Positions 40,801 to 52,347 of a stretch of 64,000 nt of DNA are shown piece after piece (positions within the stretch are counted from its first letter, which is position 1; each line of letters begins with the position of its first letter). Source of the stretch: Candidatus Levyibacteriota bacterium (GTDB lineage Bacteria > Patescibacteriota > Microgenomatia > Levybacterales > UBA12049). The stretch covers positions 173,614 to 237,613 of the forward strand of contig JAUSEW010000027.1 in assembly GCA_030651475.1 (NCBI GenBank), given 5' to 3'. The notes below the pieces were generated by a model. That model did no database searches, was not told the DNA's origin, and worked only from the letters and a program-made list of their open reading frames with translations. The translations under genes and the position numbers were made by a program.

Positions 40801-41952
40801 ATGCTTAAGAAGCTAATATTGATATTTTTGTCGTGGCGGATATTTTTATTTATTCCTCTTATTGCAAGTAATTATTTCTTGCATCCAAGAGAAGGCTTTG
40901 GATATACCTTAACATTGCATTTCCTAAGCGATAATAGTCCTATATCTAACTTTTTTTTATATCCCTGGGGAAATTTTGACGGCATATATTATTTACTTAT
41001 TGCCGCACAAGGCTATACTGTAAACGCAGGATTTTTTCCGCTTTTCCCTTTATCCATAAAAATTGCAAGTTCAATTTTCGGTCCGTCAGCTGACGGATTA
41101 CCATTCGATCCGCGACAATATTTTACCGCCTTAATTCTTATCTCCACCTACTTCTTTTTAGCTATTGTTGTTATGTATAAATTAATTTTAATTGATTTTA
41201 AGAAAAATATAGCATTTTGGAGTATTATTTTTATGTTGGTTTTTCCAACTTCTTTTTTCTTTGCTAGCATATATTCCGAGAGCTTATTTTTACTTCTAAC
41301 TTTACTTTGTTTTTATTTCGCCAGAAAGAAAAAGTGGCTTACGGCTTCAATATTCGGAGCCTTACTTACCGCAACGCGAGTTGTCGGTATTGCTATAATT
41401 CCTGCTTTATTATTTGAGTTTCTAAAAACAGAAAAAACCTTTTTTAAGGTAAAAGCTTTGTCGCTAATTTTAACTACGTTAGGAATACTAAGCTACATGT
41501 GGTTTAATTTCATTAAGTGGGGAAATGCTTTATATTTTGTTCAGGCTCAAGGCAATTTACAGAATAATAGAACAGTAAATTCAATAGTACTTTTTCCTCA
41601 AACAATATATAGATATGCAAAAATTCTCACAAGTGTTTCGGTGGCTCAATACGAATGGTGGATAGCGCTTCTTGAAATTTCTGTATTTATTTTTGCCGCA
41701 ACATTGCTTTTTGTCGCATGGAAAAAGAAAATAAGATTCTCTTATATTTTGTTTTCCATAATCGCACTTCTTATCCCGGCATCTACGGGTACATTCAGCG
41801 CTCTTCCAAGATACGTTTTAATACTTTTCCCAATTTTTATCGGGCTTGCTCTTGTGAGAAATAAAACTGTGAAAATTTCTTATACTATTATTGGTTTAAT
41901 CTTGCTATTTATTTTATTTATGCTGTTCTCAAAGGGGTATTTCGTTGGATAA
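40801..41952 (+). CDS. GT-C (PIG-V-like) membrane mannosyltransferase
   Basis: W..FDG..YL.IA..GY, FFPL.P, FP.SFF...YSES, RY.L..FP. Confidence 0.82.
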   Translation: MLKKLILIFLSWRIFLFIPLIASNYFLHPREGFGYTLTLHFLSDNSPISNFFLYPWGNFDGIYYLLIAAQGYTVNAGFFPLFPLSIKIASSIFGPSADGLPFDPRQYFTALILISTYFFLAIVVMYKLILIDFKKNIAFWSIIFMLVFPTSFFFASIYSESLFLLLTLLCFYFARKKKWLTASIFGALLTATRVVGIAIIPALLFEFLKTEKTFFKVKALSLILTTLGILSYMWFNFIKWGNALYFVQAQGNLQNNRTVNSIVLFPQTIYRYAKILTSVSVAQYEWWIALLEISVFIFAATLLFVAWKKKIRFSYILFSIIALLIPASTGTFSALPRYVLILFPIFIGLALVRNKTVKISYTIIGLILLFILFMLFSKGYFVG

Positions 41953-41964
41953 GTAGTTTTCGAC

Positions 41965-42522
41965 TTAAGCTATTCCGGCCTTCTTTGATCTTTGCAGAAT
42001 TTCCAAAAATGATATTACGGCAAGTAAGGACATTGCCAAGAACAAATATTCAAAACCAAGCTTTGCGACAATTAATCCTCCTAACATAGTTCCTACAGCA
42101 GTAACAATGTTTGCAATTAGCCTCCAATCGGCATATTCCTGAACATGATGGTTTTTATCTAAGTGTTCTGCGAAAATTGCACTAAACGATGGCGATCCCA
42201 AAGCCTCGCCAATACCTAAAAATATCTGTAGAGCTATTAATTGAGGTATGTTACCGACGAATATATAACTTAACCAAACAATCGCTCTTACTATAAAACT
42301 TGCCATAAGCATGTCATCTTTTCGTATTTTGTCACCAACACGGGAAATTAAAAATGTGAATAGTGTAGTTGAGATAAGAAATGCTGTCCAGGATATGCTT
42401 ATTGCTAAAACTCCATCTGCAAATTTCTGGACAAACACGGCATATAAAGGGCCTAGGAGGCTGTCTGCGAATACGAAAATTCCATTAGATATAAATAAAA
42501 TTTTAAGCGCTCCGTCTTTCAT
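41965..42522 (-). CDS. Half-size (6-TM) MFS-like transporter
   Basis: Six hydrophobic helices; motif-A-like ISRVGDKIRK. Confidence 0.7.
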   Translation of the reverse strand: MKDGALKILFISNGIFVFADSLLGPLYAVFVQKFADGVLAISISWTAFLISTTLFTFLISRVGDKIRKDDMLMASFIVRAIVWLSYIFVGNIPQLIALQIFLGIGEALGSPSFSAIFAEHLDKNHHVQEYADWRLIANIVTAVGTMLGGLIVAKLGFEYLFLAMSLLAVISFLEILQRSKKAGIA

Positions 42523-42618
42523 TTTTGGTTACTTATTTAACAGTACATTAAAAAGGAAATGTTAGCAAGAAAAATAAAATAGCCTTGACAAAATAGAAGA
42601 GATGGTATAGAGTTAATT

Positions 42619-43785
42619 ATGGAGCCACTAAAACTTACATATCCGCTAGGTCTAACTTTCGATGATGTTCTTCTCGTTCCAGGTTATTCGGATTTTACCC
42701 GTTCCGACATAAACCTTTCTACTCAACTTACAAAAAAAATAAAACTATCAATTCCTCTTGTTTCAGCACCTATGGATACGGTTACGGAAAGTAAGCTTGC
42801 GATTGCCCTCGCAGAGTTGGGAGGCATAGGCATTATTCACAGAAACCTAACCGTAGGGGATCAAGTAAAAGAAGTCAAAATTGTAAAAAGCACCCATTCG
42901 GCAAGCTCAGGGCAAGCGCTTCTTGTGGGAGCGGCGATTGCGGGAAAAAATTTCGAGGAAAGAACAAAAGCTTTGCTTCATGCACAAGTAGACGTTGTTG
43001 TTATTGACTCTGCTCATGGCTTCACGAAAACAATTATTGAAGCTGTGAAATTTCTCAAAAAGAAATATCCAAAACTTGAAATTATTGCAGGAAACGTGGC
43101 AACATACGACGGAGCTATAGGACTAATAAAGGCGGGGGTGGACGGACTAAGGGTTGGTATGGGACCGGGCGCAATTTGTACAACAAGGATAATTTCAGGC
43201 ATGGGGGTACCTCAAATAACAGCAATAATGGAAACATCTAGGATTGCAAAAAAGCTTGGGGTTCCTATTATTGCAGATGGAGGAATTAAATATTCCGGTG
43301 ATATCGTAAAAGCATTAGCTGCAGGCGCATCAACCGTAATGATGGGAAGTTTTTTTGCGTCAGCTCTTGAAGCTCCGGGAAAAATAGTTAAACTTAATGA
43401 AAAACAAGTTCCTCATAGGTTTAGAAGTGTTTTTAAAACAGCGAAAAACAAATATATTTTCAAGGAGTATAGGGGTATGGGATCGGTTGGCGCGATGGAA
43501 AAAGGAACGAAGATAAAATCAGAAGAGGAATTCCATGGGAAAGATTACGGCGATAGAATTTTAGTTGCAGAGGGAGTCGAGGGCTTGGTTCCCATAAAAG
43601 GAACCGTTAATGAAATTGTTAGTCAAGTATTGGGGGGGATAAGATCAGGTATGTCCTATGTTGGGGCAATCAATATTAAAGAGCTTTGGAAAAAAGCCCG
43701 TTTTATTAGGATAACACAGGCTTCTTTGATAGAAAGCCATCCCCATGATATTCTGATTACAAATCCTGGAAAAAACTATGCGTAA
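42619..43785 (+). CDS. guaB: IMP dehydrogenase lacking CBS domains
   Basis: [38 protein letters not shown]. Confidence 0.95.
   Translation: MEPLKLTYPLGLTFDDVLLVPGYSDFTRSDINLSTQLTKKIKLSIPLVSAPMDTVTESKLAIALAELGGIGIIHRNLTVGDQVKEVKIVKSTHSASSGQALLVGAAIAGKNFEERTKALLHAQVDVVVIDSAHGFTKTIIEAVKFLKKKYPKLEIIAGNVATYDGAIGLIKAGVDGLRVGMGPGAICTTRIISGMGVPQITAIMETSRIAKKLGVPIIADGGIKYSGDIVKALAAGASTVMMGSFFASALEAPGKIVKLNEKQVPHRFRSVFKTAKNKYIFKEYRGMGSVGAMEKGTKIKSEEEFHGKDYGDRILVAEGVEGLVPIKGTVNEIVSQVLGGIRSGMSYVGAINIKELWKKARFIRITQASLIESHPHDILITNPGKNYA
42893..42916 (-). repeat. 24-bp REP-like element inside guaB
   Basis: Reverse complement CTTGCCCTGAGCTTGCCGAATGGG matches the intergenic copies at 23752 and 24558; encodes HSASSGQA. 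Confidence 0.85.
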
Positions 43786-43790
43786 GCTTT

Positions 43791-45317
43791 ATGATATTTG
43801 TTGTTGATTTCGGTTCCCAAACCTCACATTTAATTGCAAGGCGCATAAAGGGTTTCGGAGTTTTAACAAAAATTGTTAATCCGCAAGAAGCATATAGAAG
43901 AATAAAGGAGGAAAAACCTCAAGGTATTATCCTTTCCGGAGGCCCATCATCTGTTTATCAGAAAAAATCCCCAACAATAAATAAAGAGATATTTGATTTA
44001 CGAATTCCCATTCTCGGAATTTGTTATGGATTCCAATTGGCTACGAGCCTTTTGGGCGGTAAGGTAATACCAGGCAAGAAGGAGTATGGTCCTGCGTCAC
44101 TAAAAATGGGAAATGGGAAATGGGAAATGGGAAATAAACTGCCGCAGCAGTTTACCGTCTGGATGTCACACGGCGATGAGGTGATTGAATTACCTAAAGG
44201 TTTTAAGGTGATTGGTTCATCCGACGGGGTACCTTTTGCATTCGTGGGAAATGAAGAAAAGAAAATCTACGGAGTTCAATTCCACCCGGAAGTTGAACAT
44301 ACGGAATACGGTTCACGGATTCTCAAGAATTTCATTAATCTTTGCGACGCGAAAATACAAAAAAGAGAAATTGACATAGAAAAAATACAAAATAAAATAA
44401 AAGAAGAAGTTGGCAGTTCGTATGCCATAGGCGCGGTTTCAGGAGGAGTTGATTCGACAGTTGTCGCAGTTTTAGTTGCAAAAATAATTGGTAAAAAATT
44501 TATCCCCATTTACGTTGATAACGGTTTGATGAGACCAAAAACAGACGTATACATTAAAAAGATTTTCAAAAGCCTAAGCATTAAACCCATCATTGTAAAC
44601 GTAAGAAAAGAAATGCTAAAACTCCTAAAAGGGGTTACAGATTCGGAACAAAAACGTAAAATTATAGGGAATTTTTATATCAGAATTTTTGAAAAGGAAA
44701 TGCGTAAGCAGATAAAAAAGGGCAACGATGTGAGATTTTTGCTGCAAGGAACCATCTATTCTGATGTTATAGAAAGTCAAGGAACAAAACATTCGGCAAA
44801 AATAAAAAGCCACCATAATGTCGGAGGATTACCTAAAAAGATGAAATTGAAATTACTCGAGCCAATGAGGAGTTTTTACAAAGATGAGGTTAGGGAAATA
44901 GGAAGGAAGCTAGGTTTACCCGAAGAATTTATTAACAAGCAGCCTTTTCCGGGTCCTGGTTTTGCAGTTAGGATTAGGGGAGAGGTCACAAGAAAAAGAT
45001 TGGAAATGGAGAAAAAAGCGGATGAGATAGTGCTGTCGGAGCTAGAAAAGACGGGAATTTTGCAAAATGTTTTTTTGTCATTTCCTGTTTTGACAAACGC
45101 GTTTTCAACGGCTGTAAAAGGGGACGGAAGGAATTTTGGTGAGGTTGTTGCCATAAGAATAGTTGAATCAAAAGATATAATGACATCAACATGGGCACGC
45201 ATTCCCTATGATTTGATGCAAAAAATTTCAAGCAGAATTGTTAATGAAGTCGAAGGAGTTTCCCGAGTCGTCTACGATATTACTACCAAACCTCCGGCAA
45301 CAATGGAGTGGGAATAG
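43791..45317 (+). CDS. guaA: GMP synthase
   Basis: DFGSQ, GICYG, QFHPEV, SGGVDS, IKSHHNVGGL, KPPATMEWE. Confidence 0.98.
   Translation: MIFVVDFGSQTSHLIARRIKGFGVLTKIVNPQEAYRRIKEEKPQGIILSGGPSSVYQKKSPTINKEIFDLRIPILGICYGFQLATSLLGGKVIPGKKEYGPASLKMGNGKWEMGNKLPQQFTVWMSHGDEVIELPKGFKVIGSSDGVPFAFVGNEEKKIYGVQFHPEVEHTEYGSRILKNFINLCDAKIQKREIDIEKIQNKIKEEVGSSYAIGAVSGGVDSTVVAVLVAKIIGKKFIPIYVDNGLMRPKTDVYIKKIFKSLSIKPIIVNVRKEMLKLLKGVTDSEQKRKIIGNFYIRIFEKEMRKQIKKGNDVRFLLQGTIYSDVIESQGTKHSAKIKSHHNVGGLPKKMKLKLLEPMRSFYKDEVREIGRKLGLPEEFINKQPFPGPGFAVRIRGEVTRKRLEMEKKADEIVLSELEKTGILQNVFLSFPVLTNAFSTAVKGDGRNFGEVVAIRIVESKDIMTSTWARIPYDLMQKISSRIVNEVEGVSRVVYDITTKPPATMEWE
44104..44135 (+). repeat. (AAATGGG)x4 plus AAAT heptamer tandem repeat inside guaA
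   Basis: Perfect tandem repeat; encodes KMGNGKWEMGN. Confidence 0.92.
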
Positions 45318-45377
45318 AAACTTGAAAACACATTTAATTTCTCTTATACTTACGCTGCGTTAAAATTATTTACATTT

Positions 45378-47030
45378 ATGCCAGAAAGACGGTCAGAACA
45401 TATCATTCCCCAAGACGTTGATCAAGAAAATAAACAGGGTTCTTCTTTCCGAACTACAGATATTCTCAGCGTGGCACGAGCGCTTTGGCCTGATAGAGTT
45501 GTAATTAAGTTTGGAGAAAGAAACATTACGTATGAAACTCTCTATGAAAAGTCTACTAAAATAGCTCATGGTTTGTCTAAAATTGGAGTTGGGCGTGGCG
45601 ATCGAGTTGCGATGCTGTCAGGGAATTCTCCCGAATATATACAAGCATATTTTGCAACAGCTTTACTTGGAGCGGAATTCGTTCCACTTAATTTTAGAAG
45701 TAAACATGATCAGCTAACTTATATGCTTAATATTGTACATGCAAAAGTATTGCTTTATGCAGATCGAAATAGACAAGACGCTCAGGCTATAAGAAAAGAT
45801 ATTAATCCAAATATACAATATGTTTCCCTTGGAACAGACATGGAGAAAAAACTAGAAGGAGAATTAAGCTATCAAGATTTCATTAACCAGGAGGAAGCAG
45901 ATGAAATTAATGATCCAAACGGAACAGATGAAGATGTAACAGTTATTATGTTTACGTCTGGAACCACGTCGTTTCCAAAGGCTGTCGAACAACAACATAG
46001 AAGTTTTACTGAGTTACTTTCGTTTCCAGAAGATCTTGAAAAACAGGAAACCATTCTTATAACAACGCCACTTTTCCATGTAGCTGCTTTGCAAGGAGTA
46101 TTTTCGTCTATCGCAGAAGGCCGAACCATGGTGCTTCTTCCGGACATTAAACCAGAGAGTTTATTGCAAGCACTTGCTAACGGCGTACAACGCGCAACAC
46201 TTGTTCCAACACAAATAGAGCAAATTATTAGTCACCCAGATTTTCCCAAACATGATTTAAGTAATCTTAGGCAAATAACCTATGGTGGATCTCAAATGCC
46301 TCTCAATGTAATTCTTGAAGCAATAAAAAAATTATCACAAGTGTCATTCGTAAGGGCGTATGGATTAACAGAAACAGGAGGAACGGTTGCTGTGTTGGGT
46401 TCAGAAGCCCACAAAATAACAGGACATGAAACAGAAGCAGAGCTACGGAAAAAGCAATACGTGCTTACCTATGGAATTGGAAAGCCAATAGAGGGAGTAA
46501 AGATAACAATCGTTGATGATGCAGGGAACGAGATCCCTCCGCGAGAGGATGAAAACGGTGGAGAATTAGGACGGATAACAATTAGAACAAATCGAGTCAT
46601 GAAGGGATATCTCGGTAGGCAGAAAGAGACAAAAGATATTCTTGATGGAAACACGTTAACTACTAGTGATCTTGGGTGGATTGACAATGAAGGAAATGTT
46701 TACTGTATGGGAAGGGCTGACGATATGATAATACGTGGCGGAGAAAAAATTCCACCCGCAGAAGTTGAAACGATACTTTTAGGTAATCCTGAAATTGCTG
46801 ATGCAGGAGTAATTGGGATTTCAGACAATGAATGGGGGCAAGCTGTCGCAGCTGTTATTGTGCTCAATACAGGAAGCAAGGCTACTCAACAGGAAATTAT
46901 TGAATTTTGCAGAGAAAGACTTGGGAGTTCGAAATCTCCAGCTAGAATCATATTTACCAAAGAACTTCCCAGGAATGCTATGGGAAAATTAGTGCGTAAA
47001 GACCTCCAAAGATTATTCGTATCCTCTTAA
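45378..47030 (+). CDS. AMP-dependent acyl-CoA synthetase (long-chain fatty acid-CoA ligase-like)
   Basis: FTSGTTSFPK, YGLTE, SDLG, GRADDMIIRGGE, LPRNAMGK. Confidence 0.9.
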   Translation: MPERRSEHIIPQDVDQENKQGSSFRTTDILSVARALWPDRVVIKFGERNITYETLYEKSTKIAHGLSKIGVGRGDRVAMLSGNSPEYIQAYFATALLGAEFVPLNFRSKHDQLTYMLNIVHAKVLLYADRNRQDAQAIRKDINPNIQYVSLGTDMEKKLEGELSYQDFINQEEADEINDPNGTDEDVTVIMFTSGTTSFPKAVEQQHRSFTELLSFPEDLEKQETILITTPLFHVAALQGVFSSIAEGRTMVLLPDIKPESLLQALANGVQRATLVPTQIEQIISHPDFPKHDLSNLRQITYGGSQMPLNVILEAIKKLSQVSFVRAYGLTETGGTVAVLGSEAHKITGHETEAELRKKQYVLTYGIGKPIEGVKITIVDDAGNEIPPREDENGGELGRITIRTNRVMKGYLGRQKETKDILDGNTLTTSDLGWIDNEGNVYCMGRADDMIIRGGEKIPPAEVETILLGNPEIADAGVIGISDNEWGQAVAAVIVLNTGSKATQQEIIEFCRERLGSSKSPARIIFTKELPRNAMGKLVRKDLQRLFVSS

Positions 47031-47064
47031 TCCACCCGGCAACAATGGAATGGGAATAAGAAAT

Positions 47065-48402
47065 TTACTCCTTGTTTTTAGAAGAAATTAGTCCTGTTCG
47101 CTTGAATGCAACATCGATATTTTTAAGATAGAAGCTTGGATCGAAAAGTTCGGTAATTTGGTCCTGCTTCAGAAGTCTTGCGATTTTTATATTGTCCGAC
47201 ACGAGCTTAGTTAATGGAGTTTCCGTATCTATTGCCTTTTGAGAAAGTTCTTTTACTAACTCATAAGCTTCCGTCCTTGAAATCTTTTGGGTTTCTAGTA
47301 AAACATTCAACAAGCGAGAGCTATAAATAGCCCCGTGTGTTTTGTCCATATTCTTGACCATCCTATCTGCATTTACTACTAATCCGTCCATAACAAGTGT
47401 TGTTAGCTTAGCTGCGTAAGATAAGCACCCAAATAAATCAGGGTAGACAAAACGTTCACTTGATGAATGACTAATATCTCGCTCAAGCCATGTTATAGCT
47501 GTGTCTAACTCTGTTGCAACTTTTTCCCTAACCTCCCGATTTAATCCTACGACACGCTCTGTTAATTCCGTGTTCCTTTTATGGGGCATTGCGCTTGATC
47601 CTTGTTGATCTTTTGGGTCAAAAGGCTCTCGTACTTCGCCTATATCAGTCATACCCAGAAGCCTAATGTTTGTGGCAATTCGGGCAAGCGTTGTTCCGTT
47701 TATCCCCATTAAGGCGACCACTTCTGCGTGCCGATCACGACTGATAATTTGAGTTGGTGCTTCGTCCGGTTTTAGACCTAATTTGGCTAGTGCTTCTTCC
47801 TCCAATTCCGGAGAGATAAATACATGAGTTCCGATCTCGCCAGACAATTTTCCAAAAGCAATTACTTTTTTAGCACGATCAATTCTTTCAATTCCGCGTT
47901 TTACTTCCGCATACCATCCCACAATTTGACGACCAAAAGTTTGAGGTATTGCATGTTGACCGTGTGTTCTTCCAATCTGCAACGTTTCCTTATGTTTAAG
48001 CGCAAGTTTTTTTAAAGATTTTCCCAATTGATCAAAATCATTCCCTACGATATTCAAAGATTCTATTATTTGCAAGGAAAGGCTTGTATCCAGTACGTCG
48101 GAACTGGTGTTTCCTAAATGAATAAAATTTCCTGCTTCAGGAGAAAGTTTAGTTTGAACTTTTCGAAGTAATTTATTCGTTTCGTGCCCTTTTGCTTCAT
48201 TAAGAGCTATTATGTCCTTGGGAGTTAGCTCTAAAGCAGCGAGAATTTGTTTTAATTGTCTTGCCGTTGGCTTACCATAAAGTTCGTGTCTGGCTTCACT
48301 TTGGGCTTCCCAAATTTTAGCTTGAGCCCGAAAATACCCCTCCGGTTCCCAAACTTTTATCATATCGGGAACTTGCCCTGCATAACGTTTTGGTAATGGC
48401 AT
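47065..48402 (-). CDS. purB: Adenylosuccinate lyase
   Basis: H.G.TSSD, GRTHGQHA.P.TFG, GSSAMPHKRN, ERDISHSS.ER. Confidence 0.95.
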   Translation of the reverse strand: MPLPKRYAGQVPDMIKVWEPEGYFRAQAKIWEAQSEARHELYGKPTARQLKQILAALELTPKDIIALNEAKGHETNKLLRKVQTKLSPEAGNFIHLGNTSSDVLDTSLSLQIIESLNIVGNDFDQLGKSLKKLALKHKETLQIGRTHGQHAIPQTFGRQIVGWYAEVKRGIERIDRAKKVIAFGKLSGEIGTHVFISPELEEEALAKLGLKPDEAPTQIISRDRHAEVVALMGINGTTLARIATNIRLLGMTDIGEVREPFDPKDQQGSSAMPHKRNTELTERVVGLNREVREKVATELDTAITWLERDISHSSSERFVYPDLFGCLSYAAKLTTLVMDGLVVNADRMVKNMDKTHGAIYSSRLLNVLLETQKISRTEAYELVKELSQKAIDTETPLTKLVSDNIKIARLLKQDQITELFDPSFYLKNIDVAFKRTGLISSKNKE

Positions 48403-48420
48403 ATTTTTACTTACACAATG

Positions 48421-49803
<1,383 letters not shown>

Positions 49804-49830
49804 TTATGAGGTTTATGATATACTATCGTA

Positions 49831-50271
49831 ATGGCAGAACGTAAAGAAAAATCAACAATTCCAGGCTATGTATCTCGTATTATATACGACGAAGTAGTAA
49901 GACGCGAACTAGATGAAAATAAATCAGCTACGCTTCTTAGGGCGGAAAATATTGGACTGAAAAAGACTTTAGGGAATATTGAACGCACAGCTGTAGACAT
50001 AGGTCTAATTGGATTTTGGAAAAAAAGGAGACTATTAGAAGACACTCAAGCAAGAAATAGTTTGGGTGAAGTAGGATATACAGCACGACTAAGAGAAGCA
50101 GAAGAACAACTCCATGCAGCGCGAAGGATTTATGCGCTTTTAAAACCAAACGATAGCTTAGGCCAAATTTACAATAAAAGCGTAAAACTTGCCTTGGAAG
50201 TAAGTAAATCACTTGACGCTAAAACCCCAGCAGATATAGGAGTATCTCAAGCACAAGTCTTCAAACGATAA
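49831..50271 (+). CDS. Hypothetical (orphan) helical protein
   Basis: 146-aa ORF with TTGAGG-17-TATACT promoter 6 nt upstream of the ATG. Confidence 0.7.
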   Translation: MAERKEKSTIPGYVSRIIYDEVVRRELDENKSATLLRAENIGLKKTLGNIERTAVDIGLIGFWKKRRLLEDTQARNSLGEVGYTARLREAEEQLHAARRIYALLKPNDSLGQIYNKSVKLALEVSKSLDAKTPADIGVSQAQVFKR

Positions 50272-50312
50272 ATTTTATCTACATCGTGCATAAAATCGAT
50301 ATTAAATGCAGA

Positions 50313-50345
50313 TATAGATAACCTGTATAGATAACCTGGGAGGTG
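50313..50345. repeat. 13-bp tandem duplication TATAGATAACCTG x2 running into ACCTGGGAGGTG
   Basis: Direct repeats at 50313-50325 and 50326-50338; ACCT-GGG-AGGT hairpin. Confidence 0.75.
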
Positions 50346-50448
50346 GACTACGTTGACACCTAGGGAAAATCTGTATATTACTCCCACCATAATGTCACAG
50401 CCAGTACAATAAATAGAATTTTATTTGTAATTGTGATACTGTTTATAT

Positions 50449-51456
50449 ATGGAGCCAATTGTCTTTTTCGAAATTGAAAAATGGGAAATAGAACATATCC
50501 AGAAGATTGATCCTCAGATACAAGCTGTATTTACTGATGAAAAAGCACATGACGGGAAAGACGAATCGTTATTCAAATCCACAATTATTTCAACTTTTAT
50601 TTACTCTGAATTAAATCAAGAAACTCTTGATAAATTCCCAAACCTCAAATTTATCGCGACCCGCTCAACTGGTTATGATCATATTGATCTTGATTATTGC
50701 AAGCAAAAAGGAATCACAGTAGTAAATGTTCCATCTTATGGAGCGCATGCAGTTGCTGAACATACATTTGCATTGATTCTTGCACTAAGTCGCAATTTAA
50801 TACCAACTATTGAGCATAGTCGTAGAGGTGATTTTAGTCTTGAGGGGCTTCGTGGATTTGATCTTGCCGGTAAGACGATTGGTGTTGTTGGTGTCGGGAA
50901 GATTGGCAGTAAAGTTGTAAAGCTTGCATTGTCTTTTGAAATGAATGTCATGGTTTTTACAAAATCGCAACAAGCAAATACTTTTTCTCCTGAAAATGTT
51001 AAATATGTTTCCTTTGACGAGCTGATTAGTAATTCGGATATCATAACGCTTCATATTCCTCTTACAGCTGAGACAGAACATCTAATAAACAAAGACAATA
51101 TTAAAAAGTTTAAAAAAGGTAGTATTCTGATAAATACTGCACGCGGTCCTCTTGTTGAAACTCAGGCAATTTTGGATGGGCTTGAGCTTGGAATTCTTAA
51201 ATCCGTTGGACTTGATGTTTTGGAGGAAGAATGTTCTCTTAAAGAAGAACGGGAGTTACTAAGTGATGAATTTTTGAAAAAATGTGATATCAAAACCCAG
51301 CTTCTTAATCACGTGCTATTAAATAGAAATGAAGTTCTATACACAAATCATAATGCTTTCAATAGTAATGAAGCAGTCGGACAGATTCTTGATGTGACAA
51401 TTGAGAACATTCGCTCTTATCTTGCGGGTGATGTGCAAAATAAAGTTGATGCATAA
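50449..51456 (+). CDS. ldhA: D-lactate dehydrogenase-like D-2-hydroxyacid dehydrogenase
   Basis: RSTGYDHID, NVPSYG..AVAEH, GVGKIG, INTARG, LDVLEEE, HNAF. Confidence 0.85.
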   Translation: MEPIVFFEIEKWEIEHIQKIDPQIQAVFTDEKAHDGKDESLFKSTIISTFIYSELNQETLDKFPNLKFIATRSTGYDHIDLDYCKQKGITVVNVPSYGAHAVAEHTFALILALSRNLIPTIEHSRRGDFSLEGLRGFDLAGKTIGVVGVGKIGSKVVKLALSFEMNVMVFTKSQQANTFSPENVKYVSFDELISNSDIITLHIPLTAETEHLINKDNIKKFKKGSILINTARGPLVETQAILDGLELGILKSVGLDVLEEECSLKEERELLSDEFLKKCDIKTQLLNHVLLNRNEVLYTNHNAFNSNEAVGQILDVTIENIRSYLAGDVQNKVDA

Positions 51457-51458
51457 AT

Positions 51459-51533
51459 ATGGAAGGGAAAAACAAAAAATTTATTCTCTGGTTTGATGAG
51501 GTAGATAAGAATGATATTTCGCCTCCCAGGTGA
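51459..51533 (+). pseudogene. 24-codon remnant of a PEP synthase N-terminus
   Basis: MEGKNKKFILWFDEVDKNDI-SPPR*; matches the PpsA start W-F-D-E-V-x-K-x-D and ends in the CCTCCCAGGT repeat. Confidence 0.65.
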
Positions 51534-51616
51534 GATACCGGTGTTTATTAGCAGCTGCTGTCATGGGGGTTTTTTATGTGACGATACTAAGAAAATTGAA
51601 AATATAACGCAATTAA

Positions 51617-52249
51617 TTATATTAAGCGTACAGCGAGAAAATGGAAAACACTTCCCAATAAAACGAATAAATGCCAAATTGCGTGACTAAATGGAATTTT
51701 TTTATAAGCGAAGGAAAATATGCCAAAAGAATAACAAATGCCACCTAAAACAAGAAGGGAAAGCATATCGGGTTTTAATGATACCCAAAGAGGTTTGACT
51801 ACAATTGGAGCAATCCACCCAAGCAACAAGTAAAAAACCAGTGTCAATAGTTTCAGTTTTTCTAAGAAGACTGCTTTAAGTATTATCCCAAGTATTGCAA
51901 GTAACCATACTATGCCTAACAAAACCCATCCAAGCCTTCCTTTTAAAACGAGTATCATAAAAGGAGTATATGTCCCAGCTATAAGAAGAAAAATTGACGA
52001 ATAATCAAAGGCCAGAAATACCTTTCTTGCTTTTGTAAAGGTTAAACTATGTGAAAGAGTTGACGTTAGATACATTAGTATTAAACAAGTTCCAAAAACG
52101 CCAAAACCTATAATTTTGATGGAAGTATTTGTTTTGGCAGGGTCCAAAAAAAGAACCACTAAGCCAATAATTGAGAGGATGATGCCAATACCATGTATAA
52201 AACTATTGAGAATTTCTTCTATAATTTTCTGCTTATTGTTTAAAACCAC
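51617..52249 (-). CDS. Hemolysin III / PAQR family membrane protein
   Basis: EEILNSFIHG, STLSHS, D.SSIFLLIAGTYTPF, HAIWHLFV..GS..H. Confidence 0.92.
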   Translation of the reverse strand: MVLNNKQKIIEEILNSFIHGIGIILSIIGLVVLFLDPAKTNTSIKIIGFGVFGTCLILMYLTSTLSHSLTFTKARKVFLAFDYSSIFLLIAGTYTPFMILVLKGRLGWVLLGIVWLLAILGIILKAVFLEKLKLLTLVFYLLLGWIAPIVVKPLWVSLKPDMLSLLVLGGICYSFGIFSFAYKKIPFSHAIWHLFVLLGSVFHFLAVRLI

Positions 52250-52273
52250 GGCTTTAGCAGTGTAGCATATTTG

Positions 52274-52347
52274 TAGCCCCTACCGGATTCGAACCGGTGA
52301 TTCTCTGGCTGAAAACCAGATGTCCTAGGCCACTAGACGAAGGGGCC
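52274..52347 (-). tRNA. tRNA-Glu(TTC)
   Basis: Reverse complement folds as a cloverleaf; anticodon arm TCTGG-TTTTCAG-CCAGA. Confidence 0.93.

Noticed and set aside
44104-44135. CRISPR array or similar repeat-spacer structure
   Set aside because: Only short tandem or isolated repeats occur; there are no regularly spaced repeats with unique spacers and no cas genes in the window.
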